Below are positions 31,963-41,687 of a DNA stretch of 64,000 bases, piece by piece. Source of the stretch: an uncultured bacterium (lineage in GTDB: Bacteria > Omnitrophota > Gorgyraeia > Duberdicusellales > CBEUCJ01); assembly GCA_965541615.1 (NCBI GenBank), contig CBEUCJ010000002.1:31795-95794 (forward strand), in the 5' to 3' direction. Below the pieces are notes generated by a model. The model saw nothing but the letters and a program-made list of their open reading frames with translations. It was not told the DNA's origin and did not search any database. The first letter of the stretch is position 1. Each line of letters opens with the position of its first letter. Made by a program: the position numbers and the translations under genes.

Positions 31963-33631
31963 CTATTTCATCATAATCTAGTTCTTCTTTTTTTAATAAT
32001 TCTTGTGCAAAAGCTTCTAAAAGATCTCTTTCTTTGGTGAGTAAATCTTCTACTTCTTTTAGACAGTCTTTTAAGATCTTTTGAACATCTTCATCTAATC
32101 TTTCTTTAATTTTATCTGATAAGAGAATATTTCTTCCTCCATACCAGCTCGTATCATCAGACTCAAAATTGCCAATTAGTCCTGAAGGCCCCATTCCCCA
32201 TTTCCATACCATATTATGGGCTATTTGGTAAGCTCTTTTAAAATCTTGATCTACTCCATTTGAAGTCTTTCCAAATTTTAGTTTTTCGGCTACATAGCTT
32301 CCTAATAAAGTTTTAATTTCAGCTAATAATCTTTCTTTATCTGATATGTGTATTTCTTCTTTAGGAACAGGCATAGCATAACCTAAATACCCTTTTCTAG
32401 GAATAATGGTAGCTTTTACTACATCATCTGTGGGATGAGTTAAATACGCTACTATTGCATGACCAGCTTCATGATAAGCTACCCATTCTTTCTCTCTTTC
32501 ACTCAAAGTGATGTTAGATTTTAATCCGAACATGACTCTATCATAAGCTTCAGATAAATCTTCCATAGTGACTTTTTCTCTACCTTTCCTTACAGAGATC
32601 AAACTGGCTTCTCTTACACAGTTAGCAATATCTGCAGGACTAAGTCCTACAGTTTTGCGAGCTAAAACATCTGTATTTACAGAGTTAGGATCAAAATTTA
32701 CTTTTTTAAGATAAAATTCAAACAATTTCTTTCTTTCTTCTAAATTAGGATAACCAACATATATTTTTCTATCAAATCTTCCTGCTCTCATTAAAGCCCT
32801 ATCTAATTCGTCTTCTGAAACGTTTGTAGCACCTATGACTACGATATTATGTTCTTTTTGTCTTAAGCCATCTAATTCAGTTAAAAGTTGATTTATAGTA
32901 GCATTATAATCCATTCCTGCTCCAAAGCCTGAGACTCCAACTCTAGGTCTTGCTATAGTATCTATTTCATCTATAAATATAATACATCCTCCATATAATT
33001 CAGCTAAAGCTCTAGCTCTTTTAAAGAGGTTCCTTAATCTTTGAGCTCCTAACCCTACAAATATTCCCATAAATTCACTTCCTACAGCAGATAAAAAAGG
33101 CACACCAGCTTCAGTAGCTATAGCCTTTGCTAGATACGTTTTTCCACAACCAGGAGGTCCTATTAATAAGACTCCTTTTATGACTTTTCCTCCCACTTTT
33201 TTTAATCTTGCTCTATCTTTTATTAATTGAATTACTTCCCATACATCGTTCTTTATACTTTCCATTCCAATTACGTCTTCCCATTTTACATTTACTTGTA
33301 AGGGCTTTATCTTTTTCTGCCCCATTTTGGCTAAACCTCCTCCAAACCACAGCCAGAACCACATATAGACATAAATAGTAGCAAAGATAAAAGCAGTCAC
33401 AATGCTGAATAGAAGTTGGATAGGTACACTCGCTAACTGCATTCGTTTGTAAAAAGCTTCTAATTGCATAAATTGCTTTATACCATTGATGACTAAGATA
33501 ACTGAAAGTACAAATAATATCCCTAAGATTGTAAAGATAATAATTCTTATCCAATATAGTTTTACAAATACTTGAATTTTTTTAGAATTTATCTTCATAC
33601 TCTTTAAAAAATAGCATATTTTAAATACCAT
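31916..33631 (-). CDS. FtsH-family AAA+ zinc metalloprotease paralogue lacking the periplasmic domain
   Basis: 571 aa; two closely spaced TM helices, Walker A GPPGCGKT, Walker [18 protein letters not shown] zinc motif. Confidence 0.8.
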   Translation of the reverse strand: MVFKICYFLKSMKINSKKIQVFVKLYWIRIIIFTILGILFVLSVILVINGIKQFMQLEAFYKRMQLASVPIQLLFSIVTAFIFATIYVYMWFWLWFGGGLAKMGQKKIKPLQVNVKWEDVIGMESIKNDVWEVIQLIKDRARLKKVGGKVIKGVLLIGPPGCGKTYLAKAIATEAGVPFLSAVGSEFMGIFVGLGAQRLRNLFKRARALAELYGGCIIFIDEIDTIARPRVGVSGFGAGMDYNATINQLLTELDGLRQKEHNIVVIGATNVSEDELDRALMRAGRFDRKIYVGYPNLEERKKLFEFYLKKVNFDPNSVNTDVLARKTVGLSPADIANCVREASLISVRKGREKVTMEDLSEAYDRVMFGLKSNITLSEREKEWVAYHEAGHAIVAYLTHPTDDVVKATIIPRKGYLGYAMPVPKEEIHISDKERLLAEIKTLLGSYVAEKLKFGKTSNGVDQDFKRAYQIAHNMVWKWGMGPSGLIGNFESDDTSWYGGRNILLSDKIKERLDEDVQKILKDCLKEVEDLLTKERDLLEAFAQELLKKEELDYDEIVELFKKYGKEKSSPN

Positions 33632-33661
33632 GTCAAATTAGGTATTTTTTGGATTTTAAAC

Positions 33662-33690
33662 TTGACAGATTAAATGTTAAATGTTAGTAT
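33662..33690 (+). promoter_or_regulatory. sigma70-type promoter of rex (TTGACA-17-TAGTAT with TGn extension); likely leaderless or very short-leader transcript
   Basis: Read directly: TTGACA at 33662-33667, 17-nt spacer, TGtTAGTAT ending 33690; the rex ATG is only 10 nt downstream and no SD is present. Confidence 0.55.
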
Positions 33691-33708
33691 TTGTGAAATA
33701 TGGAACAA
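33691..33708 (+). promoter_or_regulatory. partial Rex-box-like site overlapping the rex start codon (TTGTGAA-ATAT-GGAACAA)
   Basis: Left half-site is a perfect TTGTGAA; right half matches 4 of 7 positions of TTCACAA; positioned at the transcription start of rex. Confidence 0.35.
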
Positions 33709-34377
33709 ATTAAGAATAAAAAATTAAATAAAAAAAGAAGTATTCAATTTTCTCCAGAGACGATAAAAAGGTTAAGTTTGTATTTGAGAAGTTTGAAAAG
33801 ATTGAGAGATGAAGGAGTAGAGGTGGTTTCGTCTGATAGAATAACTCAATCTTTGAACATAACTTCAGTTCAATTTAGAAAAGACCTTTCTTACTTTGGA
33901 GAATTTGGAAGGAGAGGGGTAGGTTATAATGTAGCAAAGTTGATAGAAGAGATAGAGGAGATATTAGGTACAAACAGAAAATGGAAGATAGCTTTAGTAG
34001 GGGTTGGAAGATTAGGGAGCGCTTTGTTAGGGTTTCCAGGGTTTAGAAGTTTTAACGTAAAGATAAGTTGTGCTTTTGATGTAGATCCAAAAAAAGTAGG
34101 AAAAATTCAAAATGGGGTAAAGATTAGAGACGTTAATAAAGATTTAAAAAAAGTAATAAAAAAAGAAAAAATAAAGATAGCTATAATTTGTACTCCTCCA
34201 GAAGTAGCTCAACAGATTACAGATTCTCTCATAGATGCAGGAGTAAGAGCTATATTGAATTTTGCTCCTATAAATTTAAAAGTTCCTCAAAATGTATTAG
34301 TTTCAAATGTCGATGTAGCTTGTGAATTAGAGAGTTTAATTTTTTTTCTTAAACAAAGTTTGGAAAATGAGAATTAA
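33700..34377 (+). CDS. rex: redox-sensing transcriptional repressor Rex
   Basis: 225 aa; wHTH N-terminus (ISSDRITQSLNITSVQFRKDLSYFGEFG) and Rossmann C-terminus (IALVGVGRLGSAL). Confidence 0.85.
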   Translation: MEQIKNKKLNKKRSIQFSPETIKRLSLYLRSLKRLRDEGVEVVSSDRITQSLNITSVQFRKDLSYFGEFGRRGVGYNVAKLIEEIEEILGTNRKWKIALVGVGRLGSALLGFPGFRSFNVKISCAFDVDPKKVGKIQNGVKIRDVNKDLKKVIKKEKIKIAIICTPPEVAQQITDSLIDAGVRAILNFAPINLKVPQNVLVSNVDVACELESLIFFLKQSLENEN

Positions 34378-35374
34378 AAAAATTGCATTTTTTGAGATAG
34401 AAGGTTGGGAGAAAAGGTATTTAAAAAATAGACTTAAAGAATTTACCACAGAATTTTTTCGTGATCCTTTGACTTTAGAAGATACAGATAAAGTCAAAGA
34501 TGTAGATTTACTATCTGTATTTATCTACTCTAAAATAGATAAAAGAATTTTATCTAAGCTTCCTAAGCTAAGATTTATAACTACTCGTTCTACAGGCTTT
34601 GATCATATAGATTTGAAAGAATGTAGAAAAAGAAAAATAACAGTTTCTAATGTTCCTTTTTATGGTGAGAACACAGTAGCTGAGCACACTTTCGCTTTAA
34701 TACTCTCTTTGTCAAGAAACGTACATAAGTCTTATTTGAATTCATTGAGAGGAGATTTTTCTATTAAAGGATTGAAAGGCTTTGATTTAAAAGGTAAAGT
34801 TTTAGGAGTAATAGGTGCAGGTAGAATAGGGCTGCATGTAATTAGAATAGCCAAAGCTTTTGGAATGGAAGTTTTAGCTTACGATACAAATCAAAATAAA
34901 TTTTTAGCCCAAATTTTAGGATTTGAATATGTAGATTTTAAGGAACTTTTAAAAAGATCAGATATAATAACTTTACATGTTCCTTATAATAAATCTACAC
35001 ATCATCTTATTAATAAAGAAAACATAAAATTAATAAAGAAAGGAGCTATTTTGATTAACACTTCAAGAGGAGCTGTAGTAGATACAGAAGCTTTGATAGA
35101 AGCTTTAGATAAAAAAATTTTATCAGGAGTAGGTTTAGACGTTTTGGAAGGAGAAGAGTTGATAAAAGAAGAAAAACAACTTCTTTATGATAAAAAGAAT
35201 TTAGAAGTTTTAGCTAATCTTGTAAAGAGTCATATTCTTTTAAGTAGAGAAAATGTGGTATTTACTCCTCATATAGCTTTTTATAGCCAAGAAGCTTTAG
35301 AGAGAATATTAGAGACTACGGTACAAAATATACTAAGTTTTTGTTTAGGTAAACCTCAGAATATAGTTGCATAA
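34367..35374 (+). CDS. D-isomer-specific 2-hydroxyacid dehydrogenase (D-lactate dehydrogenase-like)
   Basis: 335 aa; GVIGAGRIGLHV NAD motif and catalytic R/E/H pattern of the 2-Hacid_dh family. Confidence 0.8.
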   Translation: MRIKKIAFFEIEGWEKRYLKNRLKEFTTEFFRDPLTLEDTDKVKDVDLLSVFIYSKIDKRILSKLPKLRFITTRSTGFDHIDLKECRKRKITVSNVPFYGENTVAEHTFALILSLSRNVHKSYLNSLRGDFSIKGLKGFDLKGKVLGVIGAGRIGLHVIRIAKAFGMEVLAYDTNQNKFLAQILGFEYVDFKELLKRSDIITLHVPYNKSTHHLINKENIKLIKKGAILINTSRGAVVDTEALIEALDKKILSGVGLDVLEGEELIKEEKQLLYDKKNLEVLANLVKSHILLSRENVVFTPHIAFYSQEALERILETTVQNILSFCLGKPQNIVA

Positions 35375-35399
35375 TTTAATTTAATTTTTTTAAAAGAGT

Positions 35400-35417
35400 T
35401 TGTGATAAAATTCACAA
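35400..35417 (+). promoter_or_regulatory. Rex operator upstream of the hydrogenase genes (TTGTGAT-AAAA-TTCACAA)
   Basis: 17 of 18 match to the Rex consensus TTGTGAA-N4-TTCACAA; lies 25 nt upstream of the nuoE-like ATG, before RBS AAGGAGG. Confidence 0.7.
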
Positions 35418-35442
35418 TTAGAATAAAAAAGGAGGCAGTTCT

Positions 35443-35931
35443 ATGCAAGAAGTTTGTTGGAAAGAGAAAGTGGAAGAGATAATTAAAAAATTTGGTAAGG
35501 GTTCTCAAAGTTTGTTACCTTCTTTAAGAGCAATTCAAGAAACTTTAGGGTATATATCTCAAGATAGTATTGAATTTCTTTCCCAAAAGTTGGAGATAGC
35601 TCCAGCTGACATATTCAGTACACTTACTTTTTATGAGATGTTTACTACTAAAAAAGAACCTAAATACACAATAAAAGTATGCAATTCTATATGTTGTTAT
35701 TTAAAGAATTCTAATTCTTTAATAGAGGTAATTAAAGAAGAATTGGGAATAGATGTGGGAGAAACTACTCCTGATGGACTTTTTACTCTTAAAGTAGTAG
35801 GATGTTTAGGTTTATGTGAAAAAGCTCCTAGTATGCTCATAAATGATAAAGAATATGTGAATTTAGATGAAGAGAAGGTAAGAAAAATAATAAGAGAACT
35901 CAAGGAGGGAGAGATTCATGAAAGAATTTGA
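35443..35931 (+). CDS. NuoE-like 2Fe-2S subunit of NAD(P)-linked [FeFe] hydrogenase (HndA/HydC type)
   Basis: 162 aa; thioredoxin-like [2Fe-2S] Cys pattern (CNSICC...CLGLC); preceded by RBS AAGGAGG and a Rex operator. Confidence 0.8.
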   Translation: MQEVCWKEKVEEIIKKFGKGSQSLLPSLRAIQETLGYISQDSIEFLSQKLEIAPADIFSTLTFYEMFTTKKEPKYTIKVCNSICCYLKNSNSLIEVIKEELGIDVGETTPDGLFTLKVVGCLGLCEKAPSMLINDKEYVNLDEEKVRKIIRELKEGEIHERI

Positions 35932-37153
35932 ACCTATCCTTTTAAAAGGAGCCCAAAACCCAGAGTCTTACCTATTGAAAAATTATTTAAAAATAGGTGG
36001 ATATAAAGCTTTAGAAAAAGCTTTAGAGACAGAACCTGTCAAGATTATAGAAGAGGTAAAAAAATCAAAATTAGTGGGTAGAGGAGGAGCAGGTTTCCCT
36101 ACAGGTCTAAAATGGGAGTTAACCAGAAAGCAACCTTCAGAGAAAAAATATATAATTTGCAATGCTGATGAATCAGAACCTGGAACATTTAAAGACAGAG
36201 TGTTGCTGGAGAAAAATCCTCATTTAGTAATAGAAGGAATTATAATTGCAGCTTATGCGATAGGAGCACAAGAGGGTATAATCTTTATAAGAGGAGAATT
36301 TTCTTCTACTTATCGAATTTTTAAAAATGCTTTAGAAGAAGCTTACAGAAATAACTTTTTAGGAAAAAATATTTTGAATAAGAATTTTAATTTCGATTTA
36401 AAAATCTATAGAGGAGCAGGTGCTTACATGTCAGGAGAAGAAACTGCTTTATTAGAATCTATAGAAGGTAAAAGAGCATGTGCGAGAGGAAAACCTCCTT
36501 ATCCTTGTCAAACGGGTCTCTTTGAAAAGCCTACATTAGTAAACAATGTAGAAACCCTATGCAACATTCCTGCAATTGTATTAAATGGAGCTGATTGGTA
36601 TCTTAAAATTGGAAGCTCAATGTGTCCTGGGCCTAAACTCTTTGCGCTATCTGGTGATGTGAATAAACCTGGTGTCTATGAGCTTCCTTTAGGGATCAAT
36701 TTAAGAGAGTTAATAGAAAAATATGGAGGAGGAGTAAAGGGTGAATTTAAATGTGTTTTACCAGGTAGTGTTTCAAGCAGGTTTCTTAAAAAAATAGATA
36801 TTAATCTTGATTATGAAACTTTAAAAAAAGAAAAAAATATGTTAGGGGCAGGAGCAGTTATAGTGATAAATAAAACTCGTTCTATTCCAGAGCTATGTTT
36901 TAATATCATAGATTTTTTTGCTCGTGAATCTTGTGGGTTTTGTGTTCCTTGCAGGTTAGGGACACAAAAGTCTAAAGATATATTAAAAAAATTCTTAGAA
37001 AAAAAAGCTCAAGTTTCAGATTTAGAGATTTTAAAAGAGTTAGCTCAGGTAATGTTTGATACTTGCAGATGTGGTTTAGGGCAATTTGCTTTAAATGCTA
37101 CAGTTAGCGGAATAGATTTATTTAGAGAAGAATTTTTAGAAAGAGCAAGTTAA
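35918..37153 (+). CDS. NuoF-like NADH-binding flavoprotein subunit of [FeFe] hydrogenase (minimal HydB/HndC type)
   Basis: 411 aa; GRGGAGFPTG FMN/NADH motifs and ESCGFCVPCR 4Fe-4S motif; no N- or C-terminal ferredoxin-like extensions. Confidence 0.85.
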   Translation: MKEFEPILLKGAQNPESYLLKNYLKIGGYKALEKALETEPVKIIEEVKKSKLVGRGGAGFPTGLKWELTRKQPSEKKYIICNADESEPGTFKDRVLLEKNPHLVIEGIIIAAYAIGAQEGIIFIRGEFSSTYRIFKNALEEAYRNNFLGKNILNKNFNFDLKIYRGAGAYMSGEETALLESIEGKRACARGKPPYPCQTGLFEKPTLVNNVETLCNIPAIVLNGADWYLKIGSSMCPGPKLFALSGDVNKPGVYELPLGINLRELIEKYGGGVKGEFKCVLPGSVSSRFLKKIDINLDYETLKKEKNMLGAGAVIVINKTRSIPELCFNIIDFFARESCGFCVPCRLGTQKSKDILKKFLEKKAQVSDLEILKELAQVMFDTCRCGLGQFALNATVSGIDLFREEFLERAS

Positions 37154-37172
37154 AAGGAGGCTGAGATTAATT

Positions 37173-38903
37173 ATGGAGATGGTAGAAGTTATAATCGATG
37201 GAAAAAAAGTAAAAGTTCCCAAAGGGACTCTGATTTTACAAGCAGCAAAAAAAGCTCAAGTAAATATCCCTACTTTATGTTACTTAGAAGATTTGACTCC
37301 TCAAGGTGCTTGTAGAGTTTGTGTTGTAGAAGTTGAGGGAGAGTCTAAATTAACAGCTTCGTGCATGAGAGAGGTGGAATCTGGCATGGTTATTCATACC
37401 AATTCTCCAAGAGTAAGAAAAGCAAGGAAAATGATAGTAGAACTTCTTCTTTCTGAACATATTTCAGATTGCCCTACTTGTGAAAGAGCAGGTAGTTGTG
37501 AATTGTTAAATCTTGCTTATGAGTTAGGAGTAACCGAAGTCAGGTTTCCTCCTTCTCAAAATTTAAATAAACCAAAAGATACCACAAGTCTTTCTCTAAT
37601 TAGAGACCCTAATAAATGTATACTCTGTGGAAGATGTGTAAGAGTATGTAGCCAAATCCAGAAAGTAGAAGCTATTAAATTTGTGGGAAGAAACATAGAT
37701 CTGAGAGTGTCTGCTGTTATGGACAAAGGTTTGGGGAATGTTCAATGTACAAATTGTGGACAGTGTTTGCAGGTATGTCCTGTAAATGCGATTAAAGAAA
37801 AGAGTGCTCTTGAAGAAGTATGGAAGAATATAGAAGATCCTTCAAAACACGTTGCAGTTCAAATAGCACCCTCAGTTAGAGTTTCAGTCGGTGAAGAGTT
37901 AGGATTTGAACCAGGAGAATTAGTAGTAAAAAAGATATATACTGCTTTGAGAAGATTAGGATTTGATGCTGTTTTTGATACTAATTTTGGAGCTGATTTG
38001 ACGATAGTAGAAGAAGCTTGGGAATTAACTGAAAGAATAAAAAATTCTACTAAGCCTTTACCTCAACTTACTTCTTGTTGTCCAGGTTGGATAAAATTCA
38101 TGGAGGATTTCTATCCAGATTTAATACCACATGTATCTTCTTGTAAATCACCCCAACAAATGTTAGGAGCTTTAATAAAGACTTATTATGCTAAAGAAAA
38201 AGGAATACCTCCTGAAGATATAATCTCTGTTTCAATTATGCCATGCACAGCTAAAAAGTTTGAAGCAGAAAGACAAGAAATGTCAGATTCAGGTTTTAAA
38301 GATGTAGATTATGTATTGACAACTAGGGAATTTGTTAGGATGATAAAGCAAGCTAGAATAGATTTTAAAAATTTAGAGGAAACTGAAGCTGATTCTATCT
38401 TAGGTCTTTATACAGGAGCAGGAACTATCTTTGGAGCTACAGGAGGAGTTACAGAAGCAGCTTTAAGAACAGCTTATTTTTATCTTACAGGCAGAAATCT
38501 TGAGAAAGTAGAATTTGAAGAAGTAAGGGGAATGAAAGGAATAAAAGAGGCGAAAGTAAGTATAAAGGATTTGGAAATAAGAGTAGCAGTAGCTCATGGT
38601 TTAGGGAATGCAAGAAAATTGTTAGATCAAATAAGAGAGGGAAAATCTCCTTATCATTTTATTGAAATCATGGCTTGTCCTGGAGGGTGCGTAGGAGGGG
38701 GAGGTCAGCCCAATGGTTTTGATTTAAAGCTGAGAAAAAAGAGAGCAGAGGGTCTGTATCGAGAAGATAAAAGTTTGCCTTGGAGATATTCTCATGAAAA
38801 TCCGAGTATAAAGACTTTATATGAAAAGTTTCTTAAAAGACCTGGTAGCGAATTATCTCATAAACTCTTACATACTCATTATTATAAGAGGGAGTATAGA
38901 TAG
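37173..38903 (+). CDS. hydA: [FeFe] hydrogenase catalytic subunit, M3 architecture
   Basis: 576 aa; N-terminal 2Fe-2S domain, His-ligated 4Fe-4S (CPTCERAGSC), two ferredoxin motifs, H-cluster motifs L1 TSCCPGW, L2 MPCTAKK, L3 EIMACPGGCVGGGGQP. Confidence 0.9.
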   Translation: MEMVEVIIDGKKVKVPKGTLILQAAKKAQVNIPTLCYLEDLTPQGACRVCVVEVEGESKLTASCMREVESGMVIHTNSPRVRKARKMIVELLLSEHISDCPTCERAGSCELLNLAYELGVTEVRFPPSQNLNKPKDTTSLSLIRDPNKCILCGRCVRVCSQIQKVEAIKFVGRNIDLRVSAVMDKGLGNVQCTNCGQCLQVCPVNAIKEKSALEEVWKNIEDPSKHVAVQIAPSVRVSVGEELGFEPGELVVKKIYTALRRLGFDAVFDTNFGADLTIVEEAWELTERIKNSTKPLPQLTSCCPGWIKFMEDFYPDLIPHVSSCKSPQQMLGALIKTYYAKEKGIPPEDIISVSIMPCTAKKFEAERQEMSDSGFKDVDYVLTTREFVRMIKQARIDFKNLEETEADSILGLYTGAGTIFGATGGVTEAALRTAYFYLTGRNLEKVEFEEVRGMKGIKEAKVSIKDLEIRVAVAHGLGNARKLLDQIREGKSPYHFIEIMACPGGCVGGGGQPNGFDLKLRKKRAEGLYREDKSLPWRYSHENPSIKTLYEKFLKRPGSELSHKLLHTHYYKREYR

Positions 38904-38908
38904 ATTTT

Positions 38909-40216
38909 ATGAGAAGAACTCCAAAAAGTAATAGACTCCACATATCTATTTTTGGAAGAACAAACGTTGGAAAATCTAGTGTATTAAATTTTATCACAGC
39001 TCAAGAAGTTTCCATTGCATCTCCTTTTAAAGGTACTACCACAGATGTTGTAGAAAAACCCATGGAACTTTTACCTATAGGACCTGTAGTTTTTTTGGAT
39101 ACGGCTGGTTTAGATGACAATACAGAATTAGGAGCTTTGAGATTAAAAAAGACTTTTAAAGTTTTTGATAGGACAGATATTTTAATCTTAGTATTAGAAC
39201 CTGATGTTTGGACAGATTATGAAGAAAAGGTAGTTAGAATAGCCAAAAACAGCAAAATTCCTTTTATTTTTCTTATAAATAAAATAGATTTAAAACAGCC
39301 TTCTCAGAAGTTTTTGGAAAAATTAATGAGTATAAATAAAAATATAGTCTGTTTTTCATCAGTAGACTATCCAAACAGAGACAAATACATTAGAGCTCTT
39401 AAAGAACTTATTTTAAAATTATGCCCTGAAGATTTTTTAAAGCCTCCTCCTTTAATAGGAGATTTATTACCTTCAGGAGGGTTAGCTATTTTGGTAGTAC
39501 CTATAGATCTGCAGGCTCCAAAAGGAAGATTGATCTTACCTCAAGTTCAAACTATAAGAGATGCATTGGATAATGATTCAGCTTGTTTAGTAGTAAAAGA
39601 AAAAGAGTTTCCTTATGTTTTAAAACTTCTCAAAAAAACACCAGATATTGTGGTTTGTGATTCTCAAGTAGTATTAAAAGTATGTGCAACAACTCCTCTT
39701 AATGTAAAATGCACTACTTTTTCTATTCTTTTTGCAAGGTATAAAGGAGATTTGGTAGAGCTTGCAAAAAATGTTGCTTTTATAGAAAAACTTAAACCTG
39801 GCGACAAAATTTTAATAGCTGAAAGTTGCACGCACCATCCAATAGAAGATGATATTGGCAGAGTAAAGATTCCTCGTTGGTTAAAGCAGTATGTAGGAGG
39901 TGATTTAAAAATAGATGTGTATTCAGGAAGAGATTATCCAGAGAATCTAAAAGAATATAAGTTAATCATTCATTGTGGAGCTTGCATGCTTACAAGAAGA
40001 GAGATGTTATCAAGGATCTATAAAGCAAAAGAAGAAAATATTCCTATAACTAATTATGGGATTTGCATTTCTTTTTTACAAGGAGTGATAAAAAGAACTT
40101 TAGTTGCATTTCCACAAGCTTTAGATGCATTTGAGAGAAATTTAGAAAATATTCGTAGTGAATTGGTAAAAATTAATTATGAAAGGAGAAGAGAATATGA
40201 GATTGGTAGAGTATGA
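38909..40216 (+). CDS. hydF: [FeFe] hydrogenase maturation GTPase
   Basis: 435 aa; N-terminal GTPase (GRTNVGKSS, DTAG) and C-terminal FeS-binding CxH...HCxxC (ESCTHH...HCGAC). Confidence 0.85.
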   Translation: MRRTPKSNRLHISIFGRTNVGKSSVLNFITAQEVSIASPFKGTTTDVVEKPMELLPIGPVVFLDTAGLDDNTELGALRLKKTFKVFDRTDILILVLEPDVWTDYEEKVVRIAKNSKIPFIFLINKIDLKQPSQKFLEKLMSINKNIVCFSSVDYPNRDKYIRALKELILKLCPEDFLKPPPLIGDLLPSGGLAILVVPIDLQAPKGRLILPQVQTIRDALDNDSACLVVKEKEFPYVLKLLKKTPDIVVCDSQVVLKVCATTPLNVKCTTFSILFARYKGDLVELAKNVAFIEKLKPGDKILIAESCTHHPIEDDIGRVKIPRWLKQYVGGDLKIDVYSGRDYPENLKEYKLIIHCGACMLTRREMLSRIYKAKEENIPITNYGICISFLQGVIKRTLVAFPQALDAFERNLENIRSELVKINYERRREYEIGRV

Positions 40217-41687
40217 TACTCAGATTAAAAGAATAAAGGAAGACGAAATCAAAAAATACACTGAAAATGGCAAAGACTTTATAAATGATCAAGAAATTAT
40301 AGAAAAAATAGAAAAAAATAAAAATCCTGATCCTAAAAAAGTAAGAGATATTTTGCAGAAATCTTTAAGTTTGGAGACTTTAACACCAGATGAGACTGCA
40401 ACACTTTTAAATGTCAATTCTGCAGAACTTTTGGAAGAGATGAAGGAAACTGCTTTAAAAGTGAAGAAAAAAGTATATGATAACAGAATAGTAACTTTTG
40501 CTCCTCTTTATTTGAGTAATCTGTGTATTAACAATTGTCTTTATTGTGGTTTTAGAAGAGATAATAAGATGGTAAAAAGAAAATTATTAAGTTTTGAAGA
40601 GATAGAAGAAGAAACCAAAGTTTTGGCAGGAAAGATCGGTCATAAAAGGTTGATAGTAGTGTATGGAGAACACCCTTTAACAGGTATAGATTACATAGCA
40701 AGAAGTATAGAGACCATTTATAAAGTAAAAGTTGAAGTGAATCAGAGAATAAATCAAATAAGGAGAGTAAATGTTAATGCCCCACCTCTTTCAATTGAAG
40801 AACTAAAAATTTTAAAACAAGTAGGGATTGGCACCTATCAAGTTTTTCAAGAGACATACCATCATAAAACTTATGAATCCTTACATCCTAAAGGAACTAT
40901 AAAGTCCAATTATCAATGGAGATTATATTGTATGCACAGAGCTTTAGAAGCAGGCATAGACGATGTAGGAATAGGAGCTCTATTTGGATTATATGACTGG
41001 AGATTTGAAGTTATGGGTCTTTTATATCATGCACGAGAGTTGGAGAAAAAATTTGGGATAGGACCCCATACCATTTCTTTTCCCAGATTAGAACCAGCCA
41101 TTAACACTCCTTTTACTCAAAATTCAAAATATAAAGTTTCAGACCAAGATTTTGAAAAATTAATTGTAATTTTGAGGTTATCAGTCCCTTATACTGGAAT
41201 GATTTTAACAGCAAGAGAAAGCCCCCAAATCAGAGATAAAACTATACCTTTAGGAATTACTCAAACAGATGCTTCTAGTAAAATAGGAATAGGAGCTTAT
41301 AGTCAAGATATCAATTCTCAACAACCAGAAAGACAACAGTTTTTATTGGGAGACACAAGAAGTTTAGATGAATTAATAAGAGATTTAGCAAAAAAAGGTT
41401 ATATTACTTCATTCTGCACAGCAGGTTACAGATGTGGAAGAACAGGCAAATGTATAATGGAGTTATTAAAAACAGGTAAAGAAGCAATCTTTTGCAAGAT
41501 AAACGCTATTCTTACTTTTAGAGAATGGTTAGATGATTTCGCAACCAAAGAAACAAAAAAGATAGGTGAAGAACTAATAGAAAAGGAGATAAAAGAATTA
41601 AAAGAAAAATTGCCTTACAATACTTTCTTAAAATTTATTGAATTTTATGAAAGAACAAAAAGAGGAGAAAGAGATCTTTACTTCTGA
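40179..41687 (+). CDS. hydG: [FeFe] hydrogenase maturation radical SAM enzyme HydG-like (tyrosine lyase family)
   Basis: 502 aa; N-terminal region (FINDQEI...LTPDETATLL...RIVTFAPLYLSNLCINNCLYCGF) matches HydG/ThiH; C-terminal Cys cluster is atypical (CX5CX5CX12C). Confidence 0.7.
   Translation: MKGEENMRLVEYDTQIKRIKEDEIKKYTENGKDFINDQEIIEKIEKNKNPDPKKVRDILQKSLSLETLTPDETATLLNVNSAELLEEMKETALKVKKKVYDNRIVTFAPLYLSNLCINNCLYCGFRRDNKMVKRKLLSFEEIEEETKVLAGKIGHKRLIVVYGEHPLTGIDYIARSIETIYKVKVEVNQRINQIRRVNVNAPPLSIEELKILKQVGIGTYQVFQETYHHKTYESLHPKGTIKSNYQWRLYCMHRALEAGIDDVGIGALFGLYDWRFEVMGLLYHARELEKKFGIGPHTISFPRLEPAINTPFTQNSKYKVSDQDFEKLIVILRLSVPYTGMILTARESPQIRDKTIPLGITQTDASSKIGIGAYSQDINSQQPERQQFLLGDTRSLDELIRDLAKKGYITSFCTAGYRCGRTGKCIMELLKTGKEAIFCKINAILTFREWLDDFATKETKKIGEELIEKEIKELKEKLPYNTFLKFIEFYERTKRGERDLYF

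Noticed and set aside
33691-33708. Considered calling a full Rex operator at the rex start
   Set aside because: Only the left half-site is perfect; the right half matches 4 of 7. It is kept as a low-confidence partial site rather than an operator.
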